Positions 1 through 11,000 of a stretch of 64,000 nucleotides of DNA are shown in pieces; the first letter of the stretch is position 1, and each line of letters starts with the position of its first letter. Under the pieces are notes generated by a model that made no database searches, was not told the origin of the DNA, and was given only the letters and a program-made list of their open reading frames with translations. Where the stretch lies: NCBI GenBank assembly GCA_963849325.1, contig CAWKHF010000006.1, forward strand, positions 768,001-832,000, in the 5' to 3' direction. Made by a program: the position numbers and the translations under genes. This DNA comes from an uncultured Planctomycetota bacterium (GTDB lineage Bacteria; Planctomycetota; Planctomycetia; Gemmatales; Gemmataceae).

Positions 1-3000
1 CGGCCGACGTGTTGCCGTCGCCCCAATTGATCGACGCCGTGTAGTCCGACGCCTGCACGTGCGGATCGGGATCGCTGAAACTGGCCACCGTCAGGCTCGA
101 CGGTAGACCGGCATAAATGTCGCCCACCACCACCGTACTGTCCGCCGTCGTCTTGATCCCATCGGCATTGATCACGGTCACCGTCGCCGTAAACGTGCCC
201 TGCTGACTGTAGCTGTTGCTGCCGCTGACGCCGAAGACGCCGTCGCCTAGGTCCATGATCGTCGCCGACTGCGGACCATTGCCATCGCCCCAATCGATGG
301 CCGCCGTGTAATCTCCGACCTGGGCGTTGGGATCGCTAGAAGTGAAGGTGGCCAACGTCAGCGTCGCGGATTGATACTGGATGGCGCCCAACTGGAAGCC
401 GCCCGTCACGGCCACGGTCGCCGCCTGCACCGTCGCCGTACCGGAAGTGGTGATGGTGGTGCCGTCGGGGCCGGTGATTTGTACTTGGAGGGCATAGTTG
501 CCCGGCGTGGCGTAGCTGTGATCGCCCGTCACCGTGAAACTGCCAGTGTCGCCGTCAACTATACCCGTGTCAGTCGTACCGTCGCCCCAGTCGATGGTCG
601 CCGTGAAGTCGCTGGCCTGACTGTTCAGGTCCGGCGTCGTGAATGTCGCCACGGTGATCGAACCGCTGTCGCTGCTGCCCACGATACTGACCGGCGTGGA
701 CTGGACCGTCAGCGTCGGGGCGTTGACCAGCCAGGTGAACGTCTGGCTGACGGACTGGCCGTTGGAGTCAGCGGCCGTCACGGTCACGGCGTAGGGTGTC
801 GTGCTGACGGCGTCGTCGGCCACCGTGCCGGAGATGACGCCGCTGGACGGGTCGATGTCCAGGCCATCGGGCAGTCCCGTCGCCGAGTAGGTCAGCGCAT
901 CGCCATCGGCATCGCTGGCGTTGACCGGCAACGATACGCTGTCGCCGGCCACGTTGGTCTGCGTGCCCGGAGTGCTCATCGTCGGCGGTGTCGTGTCCGT
1001 GTGCGTGATGGTCCAGTTGAATGCCTGGCTGGTGCTATAGGTGCCGTCGCTGGCCGCCACCGTCACGGCGTAGGGACCGCCGCTGGAATCACCGGCCGCG
1101 ATGGTGCCGGAGATCAGTCCCGTCGTGCTATTGATGCTCAACCCCGACGGCAGACCGTCCGCCGTGTAGGTCAGATTGGCGTTCATGCTGTCGCTGGCTG
1201 ACAGGGACAACGAGACGTTATCGCCCTCGCTGTTGCTCTGATCGGAGGGAGCGGTCAACGATACCACCGGATTGACGTTCCAGGTGAAGGTTTGACTGCT
1301 GCTGACCACGCCGTTGCTGACCGCCACGTCCACGGTGAAGGGACCCTCCGCCGCCGCGCCCGCCGCGATCACGCCGCTGATCAGGCCCGTCGTCGCATTG
1401 AGCGACAGGCCATCGGGCAGTCCGCTGGCGCTGTAGGTCAGCGAACCGCCATTGGACACACCTTGCAGTTGCAACGACACGCTATCGCCTTCCGTATTGG
1501 TCTGGTCCGCCGGCGCCGTCAACGCCACCGGACCTACCGTCCACAAAAACGATTGGCTCGCACTATTGACGCCATCGCCGACCGTCACGGTCACATTGTA
1601 TGGACTATTCGTGTCCGCATTAGACGCAATGGTGCCGGAGATCAGTCCCGTGCTACCGTTGATGCTCAAGCCCGTCGGCAAGCCGCTGGCCGTCCAACTC
1701 ACCGCATCGCCGTCCGCATCGCCGCCCTGCACAGCCAGCGACACCGTCTGACCGTCCGCACTGGCTTGCGAACCCGGATTGACCAGCGACAGGTGCATCA
1801 CCGTCCACGCGAACGACTGACTGACGCCGGCGACGCCATCATCGGCCGTCACCGTGACGTTGTAGGGACTGGAAGTATCCGCTCCTGTCGCGATTGTACC
1901 ACTGATGAGACCCGTGCTGCTATCGATATTCAATCCCGGCGGCAGGCCGCTGGCGCTGTACGTCAGCGTACCGTTGGCGGCGTCGCTGGCCGAAACTTGC
2001 AACGATACCACATCGCCCACGGCGTTCGTGGGATCGATGGGGTCCATCGACAGACGCGGACTGACCGTCCAATTGAAACTCTGGCTCGCCGTATTGGTCC
2101 CATCCGTGGCCGTCACCATCACTTGATACGGACTATTGGTGTCCGCTGTGCTGTCGATAGTGCCGCTGATCTGGCCGCTGCTGGGGTCGATGTTCAATCC
2201 CGGCGGCAGGCCGGTGGCGCTGTAGCTGAGCGTGCCGCTGCCGTGGTAACTCGTGGTCAACGGCAGCGACACCGTGTCGCCATCGAGATTGCTCGGATCG
2301 CCCGGCGATACCAGGTTGATCGCCGACACCGTCCAGGTGAAGGTCTGGCTGCTGCTGGACGTACCATCGGATGCCCTGACCGTCACCGTGTACGGCGTAC
2401 TGCTGGCGGCGTCGGCGGCCACGGTGCCGGAGAGCAGGCCCGTGCTGCTGTTGAGGCTGAGGCCATCGGGAAGGCCGCTGGCGCTGTAGCTCATGGTGCC
2501 GCCCGGCGAAGTCGCCGACAGTTGCAGCGAAACGTTATCGCCGGTGGCGTTGCTCTGGCTGCCGGGATTGACCAAGGCCACGCGCGGCGTCACCGTCCAC
2601 ACGAACGACTGGCTCGACGTGGCGCCGCCGTCCGTGGCCGTCACCGTCACCTGATAGGGACTGCTGCCATATAAGCCGATGCCGACGGTGCCCGAGATCA
2701 AGCCCGTCGCCGCGTTGAGGCTCAGACCGGCCGGCAGTCCCGTCGCGCTGTAAGTGGGCGCGCCGCCGACATCGGTGGCGTTCAGTTGCAGCGACACGGC
2801 CGTACCTTCCTGGCTCTCCTGATCGGCCGGCGCTCAGGGCCAGCTTGGCGATGGTCCAGGTGAACGACTGGCTGGCGCTGGAAGTGCCATCGCTGGCCGT
2901 CACGGTCACGGCATACGGACTATTCGTATCCGCCGTGCCGCTCAGGTTGCCGCTGATGAGTCCGCTGCTGCTGTTGATACTCAGCCCCGGCGGCAGGCCG

Positions 3001-3603
3001 GTGGCGCTGTAGGTCAGCGGCAGTCCGCTGGCATCACTGCCCCATAGGGACAGCGACACGGCATCGCCATCGACGTTGCTCTGATCGCCCGGATTGCTCA
3101 GCCCCACGGGGTTGACGGTCCACGAGAACGTCTGACTGCTGCTGGCCTGGCCATCGGAGGCCATGACCGTGACCGTGTACGGCGTGGCACTGGCGGCGGA
3201 GTTAGGTAAGGTGCCGGAGAGGAAGCCGCTGGACGGGTCGATGCTCAGGCCGGGCGGCAGTCCGCTGGCCGTGTAGGTGAGGCTGTCGCCGTCAGCGTCG
3301 TTGGCGGACAGCGACAGCGACACGTCATCGCCGGCGGTGTTGGTCTGATCGCCGGGGTTGCTGAGGATGGGAGCAACATTGGCTGGGCTGATGGTCCAGT
3401 TGAAGTTCTGGCTGACGCTCTGGTTGTTGGACTCGTCGGTAGCGGTGATGGTGACGGCGTAGGGCGTGCCCAAGGTCGAGCTGGGATCGATGGTGCCGGA
3501 GATGAGGCCGCTGTCGCTGTCGATGCTCAGTCCGGGCGGCAGGTTGCTGGCGTCGTAGACCAAGGCGTCGCCGTCGGCCTGCGTAGCATTGACCGGCACG
3601 CTG
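1..3603 (-). pseudogene. 5'-truncated (orphan/silent) copy of the Ig-repeat protein gene; runs off the left window edge
   Basis: Collinear with 6777-10379 at offset 6776 (e.g. ORFs 2535..3599 and 9311..12613 share their 3' ends). Homology stops abruptly at 3603, with no leader or RBS. It carries the same frameshift (~2831) as the main copy. The frame from 2797 still reads ...WGDGNTSA at the window edge. Confidence 0.8.
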
Positions 3604-3708
3604 CCCCGGATTGACAGCCCAGGTAAACGTCTGACTGCTGTCGATGCCGTTGCTGACGGCCGCGTCCACCGTGAATGAACTTCCCGCCGCCGCCTCCGCT
3701 CCCTCAGC

Positions 3709-3875
3709 CTAGGCTCTGTCTGGTAAAGAGCAACGTACGTCGTCGAAAAGCGCCGAAAAGCGCCGAACCCAGCAAAAGACGCTGTTTGAGAGCGCCGAAG
3801 CTTCGGCGCCGACAGCCAGTTGGAAGCCTTTTTGCCGAAAACGGCCTGAAATCGCAGTTACCAGACAGAGCCTAG
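3709..3875. mobile_element. MITE (167 bp) with 18-bp perfect terminal inverted repeats
   Basis: CTAGGCTCTGTCTGGTAA (3709-3726) and TTACCAGACAGAGCCTAG (3858-3875). CTAG/TA at both ends fits a duplicated target. No transposase inside. Confidence 0.8.
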
Positions 3876-5038
3876 CGGGGAGTGGAGGGATGACGCGGGG
3901 CTATCGATTCGCGGATGACCGTACCTAGAATTAAGCGAACATGAGGGGTTGTGCATTTGTCCCTCGCCGCCTTGACGATCTTTACCTCTTCCGCACTCAC
4001 TTTGCCCAGGTGTTCGAGCCAGTGGGCCGCGTACGCCCTGGTCTCTTCGTCTACCGATTTTTCGAGCAAGCGGAGGGCGTAGGTAATAATGCGCTGCCGT
4101 TCTCGGATGTGGCGCTTATCGGTCGCGGGATACGCTGAGTACAGTTTATATAACAACCCTTCCGAGAAGTGTTGTCGGACGACCCATTTCTCTATCAACG
4201 GAAGCCAGGTATCCAAATCCAGTTGGTCATTTTCCAGCGCGTAATGGAAACGAGCGATAATCATCTGAAGGTCATGCGTCCTGATAATGTCACCGCTGAC
4301 CCAACGGTCGAAGAGCGCCGCTCGCCGCCGCGAACCCACCCATTTATCCCGGTTGATCTCCCACAGGATCTCATCAATCGTCACCTGCCCGGCGACGGCC
4401 ACCTTGGGATCATCCGCCAACTTCTCCAGGAACGGGATCAAATCGGTGGGTTTCTCCGCCGCCAGAACCTGGATGGACCAAGCGGCAACATAGGGGTTGT
4501 TGCTGAAGACATACTGCCTCAGAAACTTCGGCCGTTCTGCGGGGCGGGCTTTGGAGGCAGTCTCCACGATACAAGCCCATTTCAGGGCGACGGTGTAATC
4601 GATATTATTCGCCGAGCCCCCAAGGATTTTCCGTGCGGGTACGGGGATAGACATATTCCACGGAAGTAAGCCGTCCCCCTCATAAGTGCCGTGATTCGGC
4701 CCGTATATGATCAGTCTGCCGTCATTGGAGATGAGCTGCCAGATACCGACTTCCCCTTCCTTTACGAACGGGTTGAGTTCGTCCTCCAAGTGCATACGCG
4801 AATGTCGTGTAAAGTGTCCTTGAAAGGTCGTGGTCTTCAGCTTCGGGTCGCCGCGGTAGACGTATTCGATCCGAAAGGTCACCTCCTGCCAAGGATCCTG
4901 CCAGTATAGTCGCTTCTCGTACACGACGCGGACGGCCTTGGCTCGGACCAAAACTTCCGGCCAGAATGTCTCTTTGTCTTCTTCTGCCTGGATGGATGCG
5001 GGCAGGATTAGGGCGGACATCAAGCAAGCCGTGAGCAT
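3872..5038 (-). CDS. Exported hypothetical protein with helical HEAT-like repeats; candidate cognate partner/immunity protein of the upstream Ig-repeat protein
   Basis: ORF 3872..5083. The likely start at 5038 (GAGAGG upstream) gives the signal-peptide-like MLTACLMSALILPASIQA. Visibly lower GC. Directly follows the stop of the giant gene. Confidence 0.7.
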   Translation of the reverse strand: MLTACLMSALILPASIQAEEDKETFWPEVLVRAKAVRVVYEKRLYWQDPWQEVTFRIEYVYRGDPKLKTTTFQGHFTRHSRMHLEDELNPFVKEGEVGIWQLISNDGRLIIYGPNHGTYEGDGLLPWNMSIPVPARKILGGSANNIDYTVALKWACIVETASKARPAERPKFLRQYVFSNNPYVAAWSIQVLAAEKPTDLIPFLEKLADDPKVAVAGQVTIDEILWEINRDKWVGSRRRAALFDRWVSGDIIRTHDLQMIIARFHYALENDQLDLDTWLPLIEKWVVRQHFSEGLLYKLYSAYPATDKRHIRERQRIITYALRLLEKSVDEETRAYAAHWLEHLGKVSAEEVKIVKAARDKCTTPHVRLILGTVIRESIAPRHPSTPR

Positions 5039-5088
5039 GGGAGTAACCTCTCTCGCCAAGTAGTGTTCGTCACGGTTTCGCATCGAGA

Positions 5089-8000
5089 TTACTCAAAATT
5101 GTATTGGCGAATTTCCTGATTGCCGTAGGCCCCACTTGTATCCACTTCGTGCGGCGCAGTGCGTGGCTGCCATCCGTCGGGAGCCGTGACTTGCGCATTC
5201 CCATCGTTGCTCCAAGCCAACGACGGGTTGATCTTACCGCTGCCGTTGAAGGCCCAGTTCATAAACGCCTCTGACCAGAAAGTGGAACTCCATGACGGGT
5301 TAACATCGGTGGTGGCCGTGATCTCCGTGAGGAAACTGTACGCTCCCTCAATGTAGGTCAGATAATTCCGTGCCACCTTGGGATCCTTCACCTGCACTGC
5401 TGACAACTGCTGGTAGGTCAACGGCACGTCAACGCTCGGAGTGTCCTGGACGCCTATCGTCTTGGAATTACCCGGAGGGGCCGTCGCATTGGAAAAACCG
5501 TTCGCGTAACCTCCCAGGCTCTGATAGTAGGGCGAGGACGTGTCGTCCCCCAGGTCCAGCATCGTATCCCCCTCCAGCGGGGATTTCAAAACCTTTCCGT
5601 TGTCATAATCGCCCTCCAATTTATTGATCGTCACGTGCTGGATGAAGCCTACACGCACCCAGCTCAAGGCGTTGGCATCGCGAGCGTTCAGAGTCACTGT
5701 CGCAAACCAGTACAAACCCGGCAGTTGGAGGAAAAATCGGCCCGTGGTGATCTGGTTGCCAGCAGCATCACCCGCCTGCCTACTGTTGACAGGAATCACC
5801 TTCGTGCTCGATTTCACCGATTTCATCAGGACATTTTTTTCCGTCGGCGTGAATTCGCCGTTGTCCGCCGGCGTGCCGACGAGGAACGGACTTCCGGCTT
5901 TCGCAAAGGTTACGCTGATCGCCGGCTTCCCATTCACTCGCACCGCTGTGGCCCCCGTGAGCCGCGTCGGCGACGTAACCACGACCTGCACAACGTTGAT
6001 AGTCGTCGCCCCACCCTCCACGTTTTTCCCACCCACTTTCAATTGGACGATCACCGTGGCAGGCTGGTTCTTGAAGACTAGGTTGACGGACGCCGTGCTG
6101 AGAACTCCATTGATATACGTCAAGCGCAGGGGGCCGGGTATCGCCACGTTCGTCGCCCCTCCCCCGGGCGTCGTGAACTGCAATGTTACATTTGGCTTGT
6201 CGCCCTCCTTGAAGTTGAAGCTCTCCAGCCCGCTCCATACGTACTTGTACTCCGAGTTGCCGGGGACAACGGACTTGCCGTCGATCGCAGCGCCACCAGG
6301 GTTCACGGCTAGTCCCATCCCAGCGCCCATCGCTGCCAGCAAGGTCGTGGACCATCCCTGGGACACTTCCACTTCGATGCGATACTCCCCCGCCGTCTGA
6401 TAGGTGTGGCTCCCCAGGACGCGGAACATACCGCCCGAACCCACGACCGTCGCACTCGTGTCCGGGGGCGTGCCGTCGCCCCAATCGATCATCGCATGGA
6501 ACTCGACGGACGTGTCACTGACATCCGGCTCCGTGAAGCTCGCCACCTCCATATTGCTGAAGGCCTCGCCCGGCTTCGCCTCCACCGAACCCACCACCAG
6601 CGACAACGGTGGACGCACCACCGTCACCTGCGTGCCGTACGTCAGCGTATCATTCTGCTCGCCGCCCCTGACCGTCACCGTCACCGAATAGACCCCGCCT
6701 GGCTGATCGATGCTGTCCATCGCATACTGGTGGCTGCCCTGCACGTAAAACGAACCATAGCCGCCCGCCACCGTGCCCTGGCTGGTGTTGCCGTCTCCCC
6801 AGTTGATCGAGGCCGTGAAGTCCGACGCCTGTACGTCCGGGTCCGGATCGCTGAAACTCGCCACCGTCAGGCTCGATGGCAGACCGGCATAGATATCGCC
6901 GACTACCACCGTACTCGCCGCCGACGCCTTCGACCCATCGGCATCCGTGACCGACACCGTCACCGCATACGTCCCCTTCAGGTTGTAGCTGTACGTGCCA
7001 CTGACGCCGAACAGACCATCCCCCAGGTCCGTGACCGTCGCCGGCATCGGGCCGCTGCCGTCGCCCCAATCGATCGCCGCCGTAAAGTCCGACGCCGTCG
7101 CATTCGGATTGCCGTCGGTGAACGTCGCCAGCGTCAAGGTCGCCGACTGCTGCTGGATGGCCCCCAACTCAAATCCGCCCGTCATCGACAATGGCGCGTC
7201 CGTCACCGTCGCCGTGCCGGCGGCCGTGGTGTTGTTGCCAATGCTATCGGTGAGGACCACACTCACCGGGTACTGGCCCGCCTCGGCATAGGTGTGATCG
7301 TCCGTCACCGTGAAACTGCCGTTGCCGCCGCTGACCGTTCCTGTATCCGTCGTGCCGTCGCCCCAGTCCACCGTGGCCGTGAAATCGCCGGCTTGGCTGC
7401 TCATGTCCGGGGTCGTGAACGTGGCCACGGTGATCGGGCCCGTGTCGTTGCCCTCCACGGCACTGATGGGTGTCGCCTGAGCGGTGATCGACGGGTCGTT
7501 GACGAGCCAATCGAGGGTTTGGCTGACGGACTGACCATTGCCATCACTGGCTGTCACCGTCACCACATAGGGTGTCGTACGCGCCGCATCGTTGGCGACG
7601 GTCCCCGAAATCTGGCCTGTGAACGGATCGATGTTCAGGCCATCGCGTAGTCCCGCCGCCGAATAGATCAAAGCATCGCCGTCCGGGTCGCTGGCCGTGA
7701 CGGCCAACGGCACGTTATCGCCTGCCACGTTGGTCTGTGTGCCCGGATTGGTCATGGTCAACGCCGTCGTATCAGTGTGGGTGACGGTCCAATTGAACGT
7801 CTGACTCGTGCTGTAGGCGCCGTCGCTGGCCGTCACCGTCACGACGTAGGGGTCGCCGCTGGAAGCGCCGGCCGCGATGGTGCCCGAGATCAAGCCCGTT
7901 GTGCTGTTGATGCTCAACCCCGACGGTAGACCATCCGCGCTGTAGGTCAGCGGCGCATCGAGCGCATCGCTGGCCGACACCTGCAACGAGACGTTGTCGC

Positions 8001-11000
8001 CCTCGTTGTTGTTCTGGTCCGCCGGGGCCGTCAGCGACACCACCGGATTGACGGTCCAAGTGAACTGCTGACTGGTGCTGACCGTACCGTTGCTGACCGC
8101 CACCGTCGTCGTGTACGGACCATCTGCCGCCGCGCCTGTCGCGATGACGCCGCTGATGAGGCCCGTCGTCGGATTGAGCGACAGACCATCCGGCAAGCCG
8201 CTGGCGCTGTAAGCCAGCGAATCGCTATCAGACACGCCTTGCAACTGCAATGACACGCTGTCGCCTTCCGTATTGGTCTGATCGGCCGGCACCGCCAACG
8301 CCACCGGACCCACCGTCCACAGGAACGTCTGGCTCGCGCTGTTGACGCTGTCGCTGACCGTCACCGTTACATTATAGGGACTATTCGTGTCCGCATTGGA
8401 AGCAATGGTGCCGGAGATCAGACCCGTGCTGCCGTTGATGCTCAAACCCGTCGGCAAACCCGTCGCCATCCACGTCACCGCATCGCCATCGGCATCGCCG
8501 CCCTGCACAGCCAGCGATACCGCCTGACCGTCCGCACTCGCTTGCGGCCCCGGATTGACCAGCGACAAGTGCGTCACTACCCAGGCGAACGACTGACTGA
8601 CGCTGGCGACGCCATCGCTGGTCGTCACCGTCACGTTGTAGGGACTGCTGGCATCCGCTCCCACAGCGATTGTACCACTAATCAGGCCCGTACTGCTATC
8701 GATAGTCAGACCCGGCGGCAGGCCGTAGGCGCTGTACGTCAGCGTACCGTTGGCGGCGTCGCTGGCCGAAACTGGCAACGACACCGCATCACCCACGGCG
8801 TTGCTCGGGTCGATGGGGTCCAGCGACAGACGCGGACTGACCGTCCAGTTGAACGTCTGACTGGCACTATCGGTCTCATCCGAAGCCGTCACCGTCACCT
8901 GATAGGGACTATTCGTATCCGCCGTGTTGTCGATGTTGCCGCTGATCTGGCCGCTGCTGGGGTCGATGTTCAATCCCGGCGGCAGGCCGGTGGCGCTGTA
9001 GCTGAGCGTGCCGCTGCCGTGGTAACTCGTGGTCAACGGCAGCGACACCGTGTCGCCATCGAGATTGCTCGGATCGCCCGGCGATACCAGGTTGATCGCC
9101 GACACCGTCCAGGTGAAGGTCTGGCTGCTGCTGGACGTACCATCGGATGCCCTGACCGTCACCGTGTACGGCGTACTGGTGGCGGCGTCGGCGGCCACGG
9201 TGCCGGAGAGCAGGCCCGTGCTGCTGTTGAGGCTGAGGCCATCGGGAAGGCCGCTGGCGCTGTAGCTCATGGTGCCGCCCGGCGAAGTCGCCGACAGTTG
9301 CAGCGAAACGTTATCGCCGGTGGCGTTGCTCTGGCTGCCGGGATTGACCAAGGCCACGCGCGGCGTCACCGTCCACACGAACGACTGGCTCGACGTGGCG
9401 CCGCCGTCCGTGGCCGTCACCGTCACCTGATAGGGACTGCTGCCATAGGAGCCGATGCCGACGGTGCCCGAGATCAAGCCCGTCGCCGCGTTGAGGCTCA
9501 GACCGGCCGGCAGTCCCGTCGCGCTGTACGTGGGCGTGCCGCCGACATCGGTGGCGTTCAGTTGCAGCGACACGGCCGTACCTTCCTGGCTCTCCTGATC
9601 GGCCGGCGCTCAGGGCCAGCTTGGCGATGGTCCAGGTGAACGACTGGCTGGCGCTGGAAGTGCCATCGCTGGCCGTCACGGTCACGGCATACGGACTATT
9701 CGTATCCGCCGTGCCGCTCAGGTTGCCGCTGATGAGTCCGCTGCTGCTGTTGATACTCAGCCCCGGCGGCAGGCCGGTGGCGCTGTAGGTCAGCGGCAGT
9801 CCGCTGGCATCACTGCCCCATAGGGACAGCGACACGGCATCGCCATCGACGTTGCTCTGATCGCCCGGATTGCTCAGCCCCACGGAGTTGACGGTCCACG
9901 AGAACGTCTGACTGCTGCTGGCCTGGCCATCGGAGGCCATGACCGTGACCGTGTACGGCGTGGCACTGGCGGCGGAGTTAGGTAAGGTGCCGGAGAGGAA
10001 GCCGCTGGACGGGTCGATGCTCAGGCCGGGCGGCAGTCCGTTGGCCGTGTAGGTGAGGTTATCGCTGTCAGCGTCGTTGGCGGACAGCGACAGCGACACG
10101 TCATCGCCGGCGGTGTTGGTCTGATCGCCGGGGTTGCTGAGGATGGGAGCGACGTTGGCCGGGCTGATGGTCCAGTTGAAGTTCTGACTGACGCTCTGGT
10201 TGTTGGACTCATCGGTAGCGGTGACGGTGACGGCGTAGGGCGTGCCCAGCGCCGAACTGGGATCGACGGTGCCGGAGATGAGACCGCTGTCGCTGTCGAT
10301 GCTCAGTCCGGGCGGCAGGTTGCTGGCGTCGTAGACCAGCGCGTCGCCGTCGGTCTGCGTGGCATTGACCGGCACGCTGACGTTGTCGCCACGGAGGTTG
10401 GTTTGATCGCCGGGGTTGGTCAAGACGGGAGCGGCGTTGGCGGAGTTGATGGTCCAGTTGAAGGAAGTCGTGGTGCTGCCGCCCTGGCCGTTGGCGATGG
10501 TGATGGTCGGGTTGTAGCTGCCGTCGAAGTCGGCAGAGGCGTCGTTGGCGATGGTGCCGGAGATCAGTCCGGTGCTGCTGTTGATGCTCAGTCCGAGCGG
10601 CAGACCGATGGCGTCGAAGGTGAGCGGATCGTTGTTGGGGTCGCTGGCCTGGATTTGCAGCGAGACGCTGTCGCCCTCGGTGCTGGTTTGAGAGCCGGGG
10701 CTGCTGGTGACGGAGGGCGACGCGACAGGCGTCTGCGTCCAGGTGGGGGTTGGTCCTTGCCAGGTGGGCGGGGCGTCGTCTTCCTTGATGGCGACCGTGG
10801 TGGTGTTGGGGTCGCCCAGGGTGGCGTTGCTGGGGTTGCTGAGGGACAGGGTGAACGACTGGATGTCGGCTTCGCCCTTGCCGTCGTCATCGAGAAGGGG
10901 GATGTTGATGTCCTGTACGGTCGTGCCGGGATCGAAGGTCAAGGTGCCGCTGACCGGCTGGTAATCGGTGCCGGCGAGGGCCGAGCCGTCGTTGCTGGCA

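Noticed and set aside
1-10379. Diversity-generating retroelement TR/VR pair
   Set aside because: The duplication is 3.6 kb, differences are not adenine-specific, and no reverse transcriptase is present in the window.
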